Virus record (IMG/VR): IMGVR_UViG_3300021181_000006
Span: 64,001-128,000 of that record
Strand: one strand, 5' to 3'
Source: a virus
DNA length: 64,000 bases
The notes under the pieces: model-generated
What the model was told of the DNA's origin: nothing
Databases searched by the model: none
Seen by the model: only the letters and a program-made list of their open reading frames with translations
Part shown: positions 50,770-62,590 of the stretch, piece after piece
Numbering within the stretch: position 1 is the first letter of the stretch
How the letters are laid out: the number at the start of each line of letters is the position of its first letter
Translations under genes and position numbers: made by a program

Positions 50770-52188
50770 ATGCCACCTAGAAAACCCATGGGTCTTGGCA
50801 CAATATATACACCTAAGAAAATATCATGGCAAACTATTCTACAACCATTGCTAGATGCACATGAAGCACGCCTTACTGATATAGAGAGAAATCTTGGTCT
50901 TGGTTATCCCTTTACGATAAAACACGAGCATAATGTGATTTTTATCTGTTATAGAGATAGGCTGCACGCTGTGAGGCCTGGACACTCTCCAGACCCAACT
51001 ACGTATTATAGTGAGTCTATTACCTCGTATACGTTGGTCACGGAACAAGGCTTAATGAATAAACATCATGAGTTTACATTACTACCATGGTAAATGGTGG
51101 ACCTATGCTCTATACCTATCAATGGATAGAAATCCATCGACCATTCTTAATGGCTCATATGGCACGTCTTACTGATATAGAAAGACAGCTCGATATTGGA
51201 TTTCCATTCAAGCTTATACATAAGCCATTCGGAAGAATGGAATATAGGCATGAACTCTATAAGAATTACTTTCATATTAAAGGGATTCAGAACTTTATAT
51301 CCTATCATGCTCATGGATCATTCTTATCTGAAGAAGATGGAGATATACTGGATAACATCCGTAAGCAATTTGTAGTCGAGCCATGTTAAATTGGCATGTC
51401 GTTTTTTCTAATACTCTCAGAGTACATGAAGATGGTCTCACTCCCATGGAGAAACAGCTCAATATTGGATACCCTATACTTATCTCTATGATGAACCCTA
51501 AGAACGGATTGCAATATAAGATGCATCTCTATAAGACCTATTTCATCGAAGATATTCGTCTTCACCAAAAGATTTTCTATACCGATAGCTGTCCTTGGGA
51601 CGGATGGGTGATATCCAGTATACGTGAAAGTATTAGGCTATTATGAAAATATTGAAAACAATAAGCTTTGGTGAGGCATTAGCGCCTATTATTAATCAAT
51701 ACCGTGATAAACTCACTGATATAGAGCGAGATCTCAATATTCTCTTTCCTATACGTCTAAAAAACGCCTTCATTTATGAAGATCGTATTACTATATTCTA
51801 TGGACCTCAGTCAGATACGGTGATGTTTCATCAAATCATTATGTATGACACTATGGAGGTTGAAGTACATGATGATGAACTTACATTCCAGCTGCGACAG
51901 AAAAGATCATAAATGGAAAATAGATTGACGTGGGGAGATCTCTTCCATGATGTCATGGAAGAGCGGCTATCGCGGGTGACAGAGATAGAACGGTGTATGA
52001 ATCTTACGTATCCTATTATAGTGAGGCTCCATCATCATATGAAAGTATATCTCTATAAAGATTATTTTACTTCACACTTTCCAGAAGATATTATCTCATA
52101 TCGAGTGTCGTATGCCATTATTCCTCAAATAGATAACGATGATCACTTTCTGGAAGAACTAAAAAAGACACTGACACTCATTACATAA
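50770..52188 (+). other. Five tandem paralogous small ORFs
   Basis: Shared W/F...L..H...LT.IER.L[GND][IL].[YF]P. Confidence 0.8.
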
Positions 52189-52703
52189 GCAACCCAGTCT
52201 CAGGTGGTTGAACATCCCAGGTTTGGGATACCTTTCGCGTTTAAACTGAAGCCTAAAGAACGTTAAAACAGAGACATGGCTTCGTAATTTCAGGAAACAC
52301 ATGGAATTCGCTTCTCATATGCTTACTGGTAGTATACAAACTACTGCATTATTATTTGTATGGCGTAGCTATCGTCAGCAACGGAATAAAGTATTAGATG
52401 GAGAGTTAAAGATCGATCTTGGTATTATTAAACCACCTCCTACGGAAGAGACCAAGCACGCAGATAAGACACTTGATGAAGAAATGTCTGATTATCTCGA
52501 CAGTACTCCTATCACAGACCGTATTGACTGGGAGCTACACTTATTCAGAAAAAAGTGGATGAAGCGTGAAAAACTCTTCGCGTTCACTATGTCATTGCTC
52601 TATATCGTTATTAACATCTTTTCTATTTCCTATACGATACATGAACATCAGCCTATACCGCATCATCCGGTAGTGACTCTTCATAAGAAATAATCTTTAA
52701 AAA

Positions 52704-52780
52704 GCTCCCATGGTGTAATCGGCTAACATACCTGATTTTCAATCAGGTGACTGACGGATCGTACCCGTCTGGGAGTACCA
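52704..52780 (+). tRNA. tRNA-Glu(TTC)
   Basis: cctga-ttTTCaa-tcagg; CCA; atypical T loop ATCGTAC. Confidence 0.9.
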
Positions 52781-53133
52781 CTTCAAAGGATATCTATGTT
52801 AAAATGCCTCGCTTGTGGCGTTGAAAAAGACATGCAAGAAAAAGAACTCTATACCTTCTGCGAACATAGGTTTATAGATGCTCCCATAGATCCATTATTA
52901 GAGTTAGATTGTCAAGGTGGACCATTGAATGATGGTTCTGGATATTGTGATTTCAGACGTGTGCTCGTATGCCATGCATGCTTTAATAAATTAGAGCCTG
53001 ATATGTGGATAGGCCAAGAATGCTGGGAACGCCTCTCTCCTATTACCCCATTTAACGAATTACCACATCTAGAATAGGGTATAATAGCCATAGATTCAAA
53101 CAACCATAAGCCCTAATACGGCAAGGAGGATCT

Positions 53134-54114
53134 ATGCGTTATATCATGCTATTCTCAATACTTGCCGTGTTGGCAGGTTGTGGAGGGGGAGGGGGGTCCT
53201 CATCCAGCCAGACTTCTGGCGTTACACCACCCCCAACATCTGGTCCGACGCCTCCCACCGGAGTGACGTACCAGTTGTCAGACATCAACAGTGAGTGGAA
53301 TATCAAGGATTCCACTGGTGCCGTGACCGAGACGGTATTCTTCAACTCTCAGGGCCTAGAGACGGGTAATACGAATACCCTGTATATCTGGGAGCAGCAA
53401 GGCGTTCCTCAGGTCACGCAAGTGGTCTTGAATGCTTCGAATCAGTATGTGTGGTCTGAAATGATACATACCAAGTATGATCAATTCACTACCACCTATA
53501 CTGGTGTTCTCGATGCAGGTAAGGACCATATTACCGGAACTACGAGCATCGTGGATTTGCATCAGTCATCCACGAGCCCTACGATTACTACGATCACCAC
53601 GAGTAGTACATTCAGTGCTGATATCAATGGCGCAGTGATTGTAGCGCCTCCCCTGAGTGGATTTGTGAATACAGCTACGTCTACCTGGCAGATACCTGTT
53701 CCAATCGATAGCGCTACTGGTGGACCAATTTGGACGGCTACTATCCAATTTGGAGCAACAGTTGGGAATGAAGATCCCATGATTTCTGCGGTGTTGCCAC
53801 CGCTCATGGCTGGTGGTCAGTCGAATGGTACATTCACCTGGCTTTCGAATCAGTCGGAAGAAGGTGTTATGGTAGATGTCTGTGGAACAGTGCATATCAA
53901 GCTGTACTACTCATACACGAATGGAATTAGCCAACCGGCCTGGGATATCATCTATATCACCGGTACGTTATCAGCGAATGGTCAGCTCATTGTGGGTAAC
54001 TGCTATCGTGAGCAGTACAACAATGGCACTGGTCCAGGAACTGGTACTTGGAGTGGTACCACGCAATTCGGCGTCACTACGACCAGTGAACTGCTGTCTT
54101 CAAGCAACGGCTGA
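53134..54114 (+). CDS. Putative lipoprotein, Ser/Thr/Gly-rich
   Basis: Signal peptide with lipobox LAGC followed by a GGGGGSSS linker; AAGGAGG RBS. Confidence 0.85.
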   Translation: MRYIMLFSILAVLAGCGGGGGSSSSQTSGVTPPPTSGPTPPTGVTYQLSDINSEWNIKDSTGAVTETVFFNSQGLETGNTNTLYIWEQQGVPQVTQVVLNASNQYVWSEMIHTKYDQFTTTYTGVLDAGKDHITGTTSIVDLHQSSTSPTITTITTSSTFSADINGAVIVAPPLSGFVNTATSTWQIPVPIDSATGGPIWTATIQFGATVGNEDPMISAVLPPLMAGGQSNGTFTWLSNQSEEGVMVDVCGTVHIKLYYSYTNGISQPAWDIIYITGTLSANGQLIVGNCYREQYNNGTGPGTGTWSGTTQFGVTTTSELLSSSNG

Positions 54115-54176
54115 TACCAGCCACCAACGTCCTTTGTGGACGTTGTCTTACATAACCCTTTTTTTAGAAAGAATAT

Positions 54177-54461
54177 ATGAATAATATTATCGTCGTAACA
54201 ATCTTTGTCCTATTATTTTGTGCTGCTATTATGGTCGGTATTGCCAAATGTTCTAGGACTATCGTCCACGAATATGGTGGCAAGCAAACCATTATCCTCC
54301 CTCCGAACAAGCATCTCATCAATATCTCTTGGAAAGATGGAAATCTCTGGTATCTTACTCGTGACATGGCTATTGGTGAGATTGTACAGACCTATACCTT
54401 CCAGGAAAACTCAGCAGCTGGTATCTTCCAAGGTACCATCATCATTATTGAAACGCATTAA
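54177..54461 (+). CDS. Small membrane-anchored hypothetical protein
   Basis: N-terminal hydrophobic helix; GGKQTIILP...ISWK..NLWYLTR. Confidence 0.6.
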   Translation: MNNIIVVTIFVLLFCAAIMVGIAKCSRTIVHEYGGKQTIILPPNKHLINISWKDGNLWYLTRDMAIGEIVQTYTFQENSAAGIFQGTIIIIETH

Positions 54462-54947
54462 TGCCTGTAAAACAAACCATTAAGACCATTCAAATAGCAG
54501 GCGTTAATAAAAAATGCTGGAAGATGGGCGATCCAGTAGTGGTCGCTCTTTTAGGAGAAAACGAAAATGAAGGACGTTCAGCACGCTGCTGCTGTAGCTG
54601 CAAATACCATAAAGTACTCAAGTCACACCCATGGGTGAATGGTATGTCTATTAAACATACGCTTGGGTATGTCTGTACACAGGATATCTGGTCAGATGGC
54701 AAGGAAGCTGGTATGAACGTCATGGCCAGTGGACCACACGGACTCTGTGAGAGTTGGGAACAAAAATGAATAAGCTATTTATCAACATGGATACATGGAC
54801 CAATGATGTTGTGGCAGGAACCGCTACGCATCTAGAACTATTTAAATTACTAGGGTGTATTTTTGCAATATGTCTCGTATGCGTCACCGTACTGTATATC
54901 TTTGGATACTTCTGGCTCAAAATCTGTGACGAATTGGGAGCACCGTA

Positions 54948-55214
54948 ATGGAACGAGATCAACTGACTAAGAAACAGATCAATGAAGGTGTAGAAGCATT
55001 TCTTGATAAGTTTCATGCTATACGCAAGAAAAAGGGTGTTGGTGCTTGGGTTACTACCCATGAGGCTTTAGGTTTCGTCACTGAAGAGTATCACGAGTTA
55101 AGCGATGCGGTGAGATCGAACAGGCTGAATGATGTAGAGGCTGAACTCATGGATGTTGCTATATGCTCATTGTGGGCAATAGTATCGATTCGAGCAGGAA
55201 GTATTACTAAATAA
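54948..55214 (+). CDS. MazG-like nucleotide pyrophosphohydrolase
   Basis: HEALGFVTEEYHEL...EAELMDVA. Confidence 0.78.
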   Translation: MERDQLTKKQINEGVEAFLDKFHAIRKKKGVGAWVTTHEALGFVTEEYHELSDAVRSNRLNDVEAELMDVAICSLWAIVSIRAGSITK

Positions 55215-55216
55215 CA

Positions 55217-55306
55217 GGAGAGATGGCAGAGCGGTTTATCGCGCTAGTTTTGAAAACTAGAAGGCCTGAAAGGGCTTCGGGGGTTCGAATCCCTCTCTCT
55301 CCGCCA
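55217..55306 (+). tRNA. tRNA-Ser(TGA)
   Basis: ctagt-ttTGAaa-actag; long variable arm; G73 plus CCA. Confidence 0.95.
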
Positions 55307-55509
55307 ATTTAATAGGAATAACATGGATTTCGATTACTACACAGAAGAAGAGCTTAAGCGCGGTGATGATATCAAAGTGTATAAAGCCATTATGCGTCAG
55401 ATAAAGAAAGCATCGCAAGAAGTTAAGAACTGGCCTAAGTCGATGCGAGATAACATTGTTAAAAGAACTACTACCATTGATAGTAATTAATCAAAGATAA
55501 GAATTATAT

Positions 55510-56538
55510 ATGACCACACACCACGAATTTCCTTGTCAGTCTCCTATACGCCGTGTTCTTTTCATCTGCAAGAAGCGCACTACAGAATACGGCGAGCTTA
55601 AAAGCTCGGGATTGCTTAATTCAGCACGCATGACTGCTCAAGCATTAGCTCATCACGGATGTCATACCAGATTGGTTGATGTCTTCGATGGAAATAGTGT
55701 TGATCGTGAAGTCTATGCATTTAAACCTACGCATGTTATTATTGAAGCGTTCTGGCTCACGCCATCTAAGCTCGAAGAGCTTATTAAGCTGCATCCAACC
55801 GTGCAGTGGCAAGTACGTAATCACTCAAAAATTCCTTTTTTAGCAGGCGAAGGAATCGCCATCGACTGGTGTTATCAGTACGCACAGCTACCGCGTTACA
55901 CCTTGTCTTCAAACTCTATTGAAGCGATGACCAACTTTAATAACGTAGGTATTCCCTGTGTCTATGCTCCCAATATCTATGAAGCTCGTATCCAAACTCC
56001 TCCAAAGAGAGTGCATGGACCTGACTTGCATATTGGGTGTTTTGGGGCTATACGACTGCTTAAAAATCATTTACTCCAGGCAGTGGCAGCCATTATGGTG
56101 GCAAATCAAACTGGTAAAAATCTTCGGTTTCATATAAATATTGCTCGGCAAGAGATGCAGGGCAGAGAGCCATTAAAGAATTTAAGGGCTCTCTTTGCTC
56201 ATCAATCAAATCATATTCTTGTAGAACATGATTGGCTTGACCACGATCAGTTCCTGAAGCTGATTGCTACTATGGATATTGGCACTCAAGTTTCTTATAC
56301 AGAAACCTTCAACATCGTCTCAGCTGACTTCGTCTCTATGGGTATTCCCATCATTGTGTCAGACGACATCAACTGGATGCCAGACGCAGCGATTGCTGAC
56401 TGTAACTCAGCTGAGAGTATCTCGAATCATGTGATGCGAGAACTGTCCCGTGATAGAGATCGCATTCAACACGAAAATGTTATTAGCTTAAAGAAATACA
56501 ACGCAAAGGCCATACAGGCATGGATATCGGATCTGTAG
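55510..56538 (+). CDS. GT-B fold glycosyltransferase (GT4-like)
   Basis: IGCFGAIRLLKN...Q; SYTETFNIVSADFVSMGIPIIVS. Confidence 0.8.
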   Translation: MTTHHEFPCQSPIRRVLFICKKRTTEYGELKSSGLLNSARMTAQALAHHGCHTRLVDVFDGNSVDREVYAFKPTHVIIEAFWLTPSKLEELIKLHPTVQWQVRNHSKIPFLAGEGIAIDWCYQYAQLPRYTLSSNSIEAMTNFNNVGIPCVYAPNIYEARIQTPPKRVHGPDLHIGCFGAIRLLKNHLLQAVAAIMVANQTGKNLRFHINIARQEMQGREPLKNLRALFAHQSNHILVEHDWLDHDQFLKLIATMDIGTQVSYTETFNIVSADFVSMGIPIIVSDDINWMPDAAIADCNSAESISNHVMRELSRDRDRIQHENVISLKKYNAKAIQAWISDL

Positions 56539-56989
56539 ACATAGATAAGAAATATGTCACCAATAGATCATTGAGCGAACTGATTTTCGATAATCTTGAA
56601 CAGCGCACTAAGGATCAATGGAGCCTGAATCGTGATCTTGGATTACCCTATGAGGTACTCGTAGGTGATGGTATATTCTTTGGAATCAATGCCAATGGAT
56701 GGGTGTTAGGCGTGTCACATCCATGGGAATACAAAGGTTATTACGTGAATAATTGTCCATCAAAGAATGCGTTTATAACACAGCTTTCTGTGAGCAATGT
56801 TCGCTCTATCTATAGAAATTTATTCCCACAATTCCGGTAGAAGGTTAATGCCCTGGGAAGTGGAGCTTAAGAATCTGAAGGTTTCCAGTCCAGCCAGAAC
56901 GATAATTGATATAAGTATATATCTATATGCACTAGCAATGCATATATATCTATATGAAGGTCATCCCATCTTTCGCAGCTGGTGGTAGT

Positions 56990-57480
56990 GATGCTAACAT
57001 ATTTTGACGCTTATGCTTTACCTTTAAATATTCTGCCGAGAGATTCAGATGGGCGAGAACACTCGTAAAGAGTTGCACTCTTTCAGTATTGGTATATATA
57101 AAATCATGTATATACACGATCAAACTGATAGTAGCTTTTCATTGCTACACTCGTGTAGCAATGGTTTTCTAGAGTTAGTTTCTGGCTTGTCTCATACATC
57201 CAGAAGTCACTAGAATAACAATAGACATTAAATTCTATACCCGCAAGGGAGAGCCACGAGAACGTCGCATCGTGGTTAGTATGAGCGTGGCTCGGTTCAG
57301 TGGGGTCATGGTTTATCAAAGCTTTCCATACGGTTTAACTGAGATCGTATGGCGCAAACTTACCTTCCTGTCGGTGGTGAGCGATAGAGTCCCTTGGTGG
57401 TGATCCCATTAAGAATTCTCACAGTTGCAGGGTATATGGATGTCTAGGCTCCTTGGAGTTCCGACCACACACATATATCT
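56990..57480 (+). ncRNA. Candidate approx. 500-nt structured ncRNA
   Basis: No credible ORF; at least five perfect or near-perfect stems including a GCAA tetraloop. Confidence 0.5.
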
Positions 57481-58607
57481 GAGTGACCAGACAGGAATTT
57501 TTTCCCGCTGCTTTCCGTAGGCAGGCTCAACGGGTTGTGGGGAGTATCTCGGTGAGCGAGATACTCCCCAATACGGAGTTTTTTAGGTATAAAATAATGA
57601 GAACGATCACGCAGTTTGTTAATATCCTTTGGGATGAATTTTACGTTCCATATACTATGGGAATATCGAGTGTTACTATTTTTCCTCATTACGTGCATCA
57701 ACCATTGATGTGTGGGTTTGCATTCAATAACTCATTACTTCCTCATAAAAGTATAAAATCATATGTCACTCGTTGTGAGATTCGATTTGGACACAATGGG
57801 TGGGGATCTATCTGCTATGACTTTCAAACATTTATCCATAGTGTAGAAAATCACGAATACATCAACTCACACCTAGCACGGATGAGAGCCTATGTTAAAA
57901 AACACCATGCCGAGCTATGTTCCAACCAAGGAAAGGATAGCTAAAAATATACTCGATCAGTTATTCCGAGAGTTCGGAGTGCAGATTGTTATGCGCATTG
58001 CCTTTGAGTGTATGCTCAAACCAGGAGTGAGATTTTACTATGAAAGTTATCCATACGATGATCGTAACGAATTCTGTTATCGGTTAGACTTTCAACTGGA
58101 TGGTCGAGCTGGTATCGTAAAGCATCGATGGATGCCTATTGGCATGACGAAGAAAGCACTGCTGAAATCAATGGTCGGCTTTCTCAACACACGCCATGGC
58201 GATGAGTTCTTCATGGACATGCTCTCATTACCAGAGATATATACACAGTTGGATAAATATGGTTACAACTGGTTCACTATCACGGATCGGATACGTGATG
58301 AAAGACTTTAATGCTAGCGAAAAACGAGATATCCATACGATAAACACTATCGTTGATTCATTTTGTAATGAATATGCGATACAAATAAATATGAATATTC
58401 CGTGTGATCGGGAGATGATCGGCAATGTGATATTTGGTTATGATGGCCTCGTACTCTATTGCAGCAGCCCATCTGATATACGTCTCTGCAGCGCAGAGTA
58501 TAAAGAAGTATTTAAGACACAGATTTTTTTTATGAAAAAATATGAAACCATTAGACATATGATAAATATATACAGGATGCTGTACACACTCAACCTAGAA
58601 AGACCTT

Positions 58608-60101
58608 ATGACATCCGACGACCATCTGAAACAATGCATTGATGATTTAATCGAGGATATCAAGAATAATCCTAATGGATGGCAGATGATCAGCAATAAT
58701 ACCACCTTATATAATGTTCACGAAAGTATAACAATATCCTGGAACTCTCATTGGTTCAGAAAGTTCTATAATCAACGTATTGAGATTGAGGATACGCATC
58801 TGAACGCAACATCATATACCATACCAAAATCCATATTCATACCGATGTATGCAGCTATCCAGTCATGGAAAATACAGGAGGAAGATAAACAGCGTATAAG
58901 AAATATGAATATGTTAATAGATCGTACTGCGGGATTAAAAATCAAGTCTGAGATGAACATTACATGACGAGCATACGTACCACATCAGATGAACATATAA
59001 AACGATGCATTGAACAGATTATAGAGAATATAAATCATTTTCCAAATAACTGGAAACAAAAGGTAGATAGTGATGATGAACATCATCTGAAAACATTAGA
59101 TGATATGTTAGGCCTTCGTTGGTATCCACGTAAAGCAGGATGGTTTAATAAGAGTACCACAGAACGATGGAGACTCTCTTATAGAGATCATGATTTTAAT
59201 CATCATAGCTATGATCTGAAGAGTATCTATTGGAAGGATCTTGAAGCCATTATAAAGAAATGGATGGAAACACATGAAGACAGTGAACTGGTAAAACGTA
59301 TGGAACATCTCATAGAAACAACTGCAGCACTAAAAATTAAAGCAGAGATGAACATTACATGAAAAAATGCACTATGACCCCTGATGAACATATCATGCGA
59401 TGCGTAAACCAGATTATCGATAATCTGAATCAATTTCCAAAATACTGGGACATACGTATTGATAATGATAAAGAACATCACCTCAAGTCTAAAGATGGTA
59501 AAATGCGTTTGCACTGGTATCCATCTTGGTTCAGAAAATCAAAAACCTGTAAGTGGAGGCTATCCTATATAGGTCGTGGGATGGATGAGCACACGTATAT
59601 ACTAACGAAGAGGTTCTGGAAACCATTAGCGGATGCATCTAAGGCTTGGATGAAAAATCATGAGGATGAGTTCCTTATTGCACATATGGAAGAACTCATT
59701 GATCATACGGCAGGATTAAAAATAAAAGCAGAAATGAATATTACATGAAGCATGTCTGTGGTGTTGAGACGATCATGAATATAGCTAATAATATGAGATC
59801 ACATCCAGATCATTGGAAGTACAATGAGCGTGATGATGATATTACTGTATATAATAAAAATGAGCAGTTTACTATCAGGTATGAGAAGCATTGGTATGGA
59901 TATATCGATAAAAGATTAGAATTTAGAGATAATTCAGGCCAGTATAGGGTTATGCTCGGTAGAGTTGCATTTAAACCATTAATTTCTGCGATACGCTTTA
60001 TGCAGGATTGGCATGAGAATAAGCAGAGTCGTGATATAGCAGAAAGGGTGTTATTAGCTACTCGTGATCTCACGATCAAATCTGATATGAATATCACATG
60101 A
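58608..60101 (+). other. Four tandem paralogous ORFs all ending (K/T)IK(S/A)(E/D)MNIT-stop
   Basis: 58608, 58964, 59359 and 59745; ATGA-coupled; conserved C-terminus. Confidence 0.85.
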
Positions 60102-62590
60102 GAAAACTCCCTCAGATAGATAACTATACCTATCTTCTTCCTATTCGTGAGAAAACTCTCATGGAGTATCGTGATAAGCTCGCCATAGCTGTATTTGCTG
60201 ATAATATCATCGAGATCGAGATGGGTATAGATTTAGATTACTATATTAATAAGAAACTCTTGTTTTCTAAACGCGGCGATAAAGGTATGCTCAGCACTCC
60301 ACATGGAGGAATTGAGTTTAACTTTGATATCAACGAGTTTAAGAAAGCATTGATGATCTATTATGTATTCAGTAAAGATTATCCAGGATGCCGTATCAAA
60401 CGTCAAAGAACACGCAGGTTTCGCATCTTTCTACGAAAAATACGAAACCTATTCTTTGGGTATAAGAGGAATACTCACTAACAAGGATTCTTCTTATGCC
60501 AACGACGGATAGGATTCGTAAGTCTCTGCTCGCTGAAAAGCAGCCTCCTCGTGTCTATTATGAACCAACAAAAGAGAAGGCGAATCAAAAATCAACTCAG
60601 TTTTTTAAAAATGCCAAGAAGGTTCCTACGGTTGAAACAGCTGCAGAAGCGATGGCTATCTTACGTACAGGATCTTCGGTGATTCTCTGTAACCAAGATA
60701 TATACGATCTCTTCTCAGGTGAAGACCGTGAGCACCATTTGAACCGATGGGATTTATAATCTATACACGAAAGTAGGCTCGGCCTACTTTATTAGCTAGG
60801 ATATATGGATATCAAAGACATCGATACCTTAATCGATTATATTGTCGGTAAAGAAATACGTTTACTGATGAATCTTGAACAAAAAGCTACTGTTACTATT
60901 AAAGATAGTACCTATTCATTACTGGAAGATACGGGTAGATTTACACTCTATATGACGTGTAATAGTCGTACTCATTGTCTGTATAGCGGAGGTACATTCA
61001 ATCAGATGATTGATACGCTCAAAACAGAGTCATTCAGACAATCTATTATTACCAATACTAAGATCTATTCCAGAAAATGAGCACTATCTATGATCTCGTC
61101 CAAAATCATATGCAAATCCAGCACTATCTTGGGCTAAAAGTATCTCTCTATATTCAACTCGGGTGTGATTATTTTCTTATACGTAATGAAAGCGCAGATC
61201 TATTCGCGTTTATAAAAATTACGTATTCGATAAGAAAATATGAAGGCCATAAAATATTACTGTTGACCGGTAAATATGCATGGTATACCAGTCATCTCAA
61301 GAACATCGATCTCTATATCAAAGGTCATGCACCATGCAGTATTGTGCATCAAAACGATATGTGCTTAGATTTTGTACATCGTGTAATACCGAACATACAA
61401 AAGGTATCGCATCTCCACTCTGCTGTCCCATTTAATTTCTATGGATATCCATGTGAATCTCTATTTGTGGCAGTCCACGCCGATAGTGGATATACAGCTA
61501 TACATATGGTAGATATGACCAATGACATACCTGCAAAACCGTGATGTATTTGAGATGCATAAACATCTCAATTTACCATATAAAGTATATATTATCGACA
61601 ATTCTTCAGTACATAGCGTCGAAATACGCGGTGACTTATATGTACTGAGTGTCTATAGCCATGAAATCAACAAAACGGTAGATGGCCAGATTGAGATCAT
61701 CGTTCATCAAATATTTCATAGTAGTCATCATGAACTCGCTCAGTATTGCCATATTTTTATTGGCAGCCATGCTACTGATAATATACATGATATCTATACC
61801 TTCTTCGTGAGGAAACATATACCAGAAGCGGTCTGTATATGGCATGATTTTTACAAAAAGGACTGTAATCCTTCTAACTTCCAACATACGTCTAGAACGA
61901 GGTGTGTTCTCAACATACCAGGTTATCGTATGAATATACTAGTCATAGGGCATATAACATGAGCATTAAACGCGATATGAACATCCCATTGGTATGGGTC
62001 TGTGTTGAATGTGGCAAGAAAGCACGCGCTACATCGGAGCACGGACCCATGACATTTACCTCTACTTTCCATAATGGCATCTGTGATTGCTGTAGTAAGC
62101 CAAAAGCAGTATGCCCAGTACGTGATTTTGGATATCCAAGCTTCGATAAAGTTCAGGTATAATATCTATACATGAACGTAATCGATCTACCATCTCCTTT
62201 TACGAAAAAAGAAGATGATCTGTATACCTGCCTCGGTATAGAGCGGGAAAGATTTTTCCTAGTGTGGCCGTATGGATATCTGATATCACGAGCTACGAGT
62301 TTTGATCCGATCCTCCAGACTGATACGCTAGAATATACCATCACTCGTATTCTAGGAATTAGAGACTATAAGTCTTATTTCAACTTAGTGATGAATAGAG
62401 TTTTGGATAGCGAACAGAAACTCTTGTCAGAACAGTTCCTGCATCCAACGGAAAGATTCAGAGAGTTCATTGACAGTTCTGAATTTTATAATTATTGCAT
62501 AATATATCCACGTAAATCATACCTCGATGTCTACTCTGACGATATGAGCGATAAAGATGTAGGCATGACACTTAAAATAAGATTTCCAAC

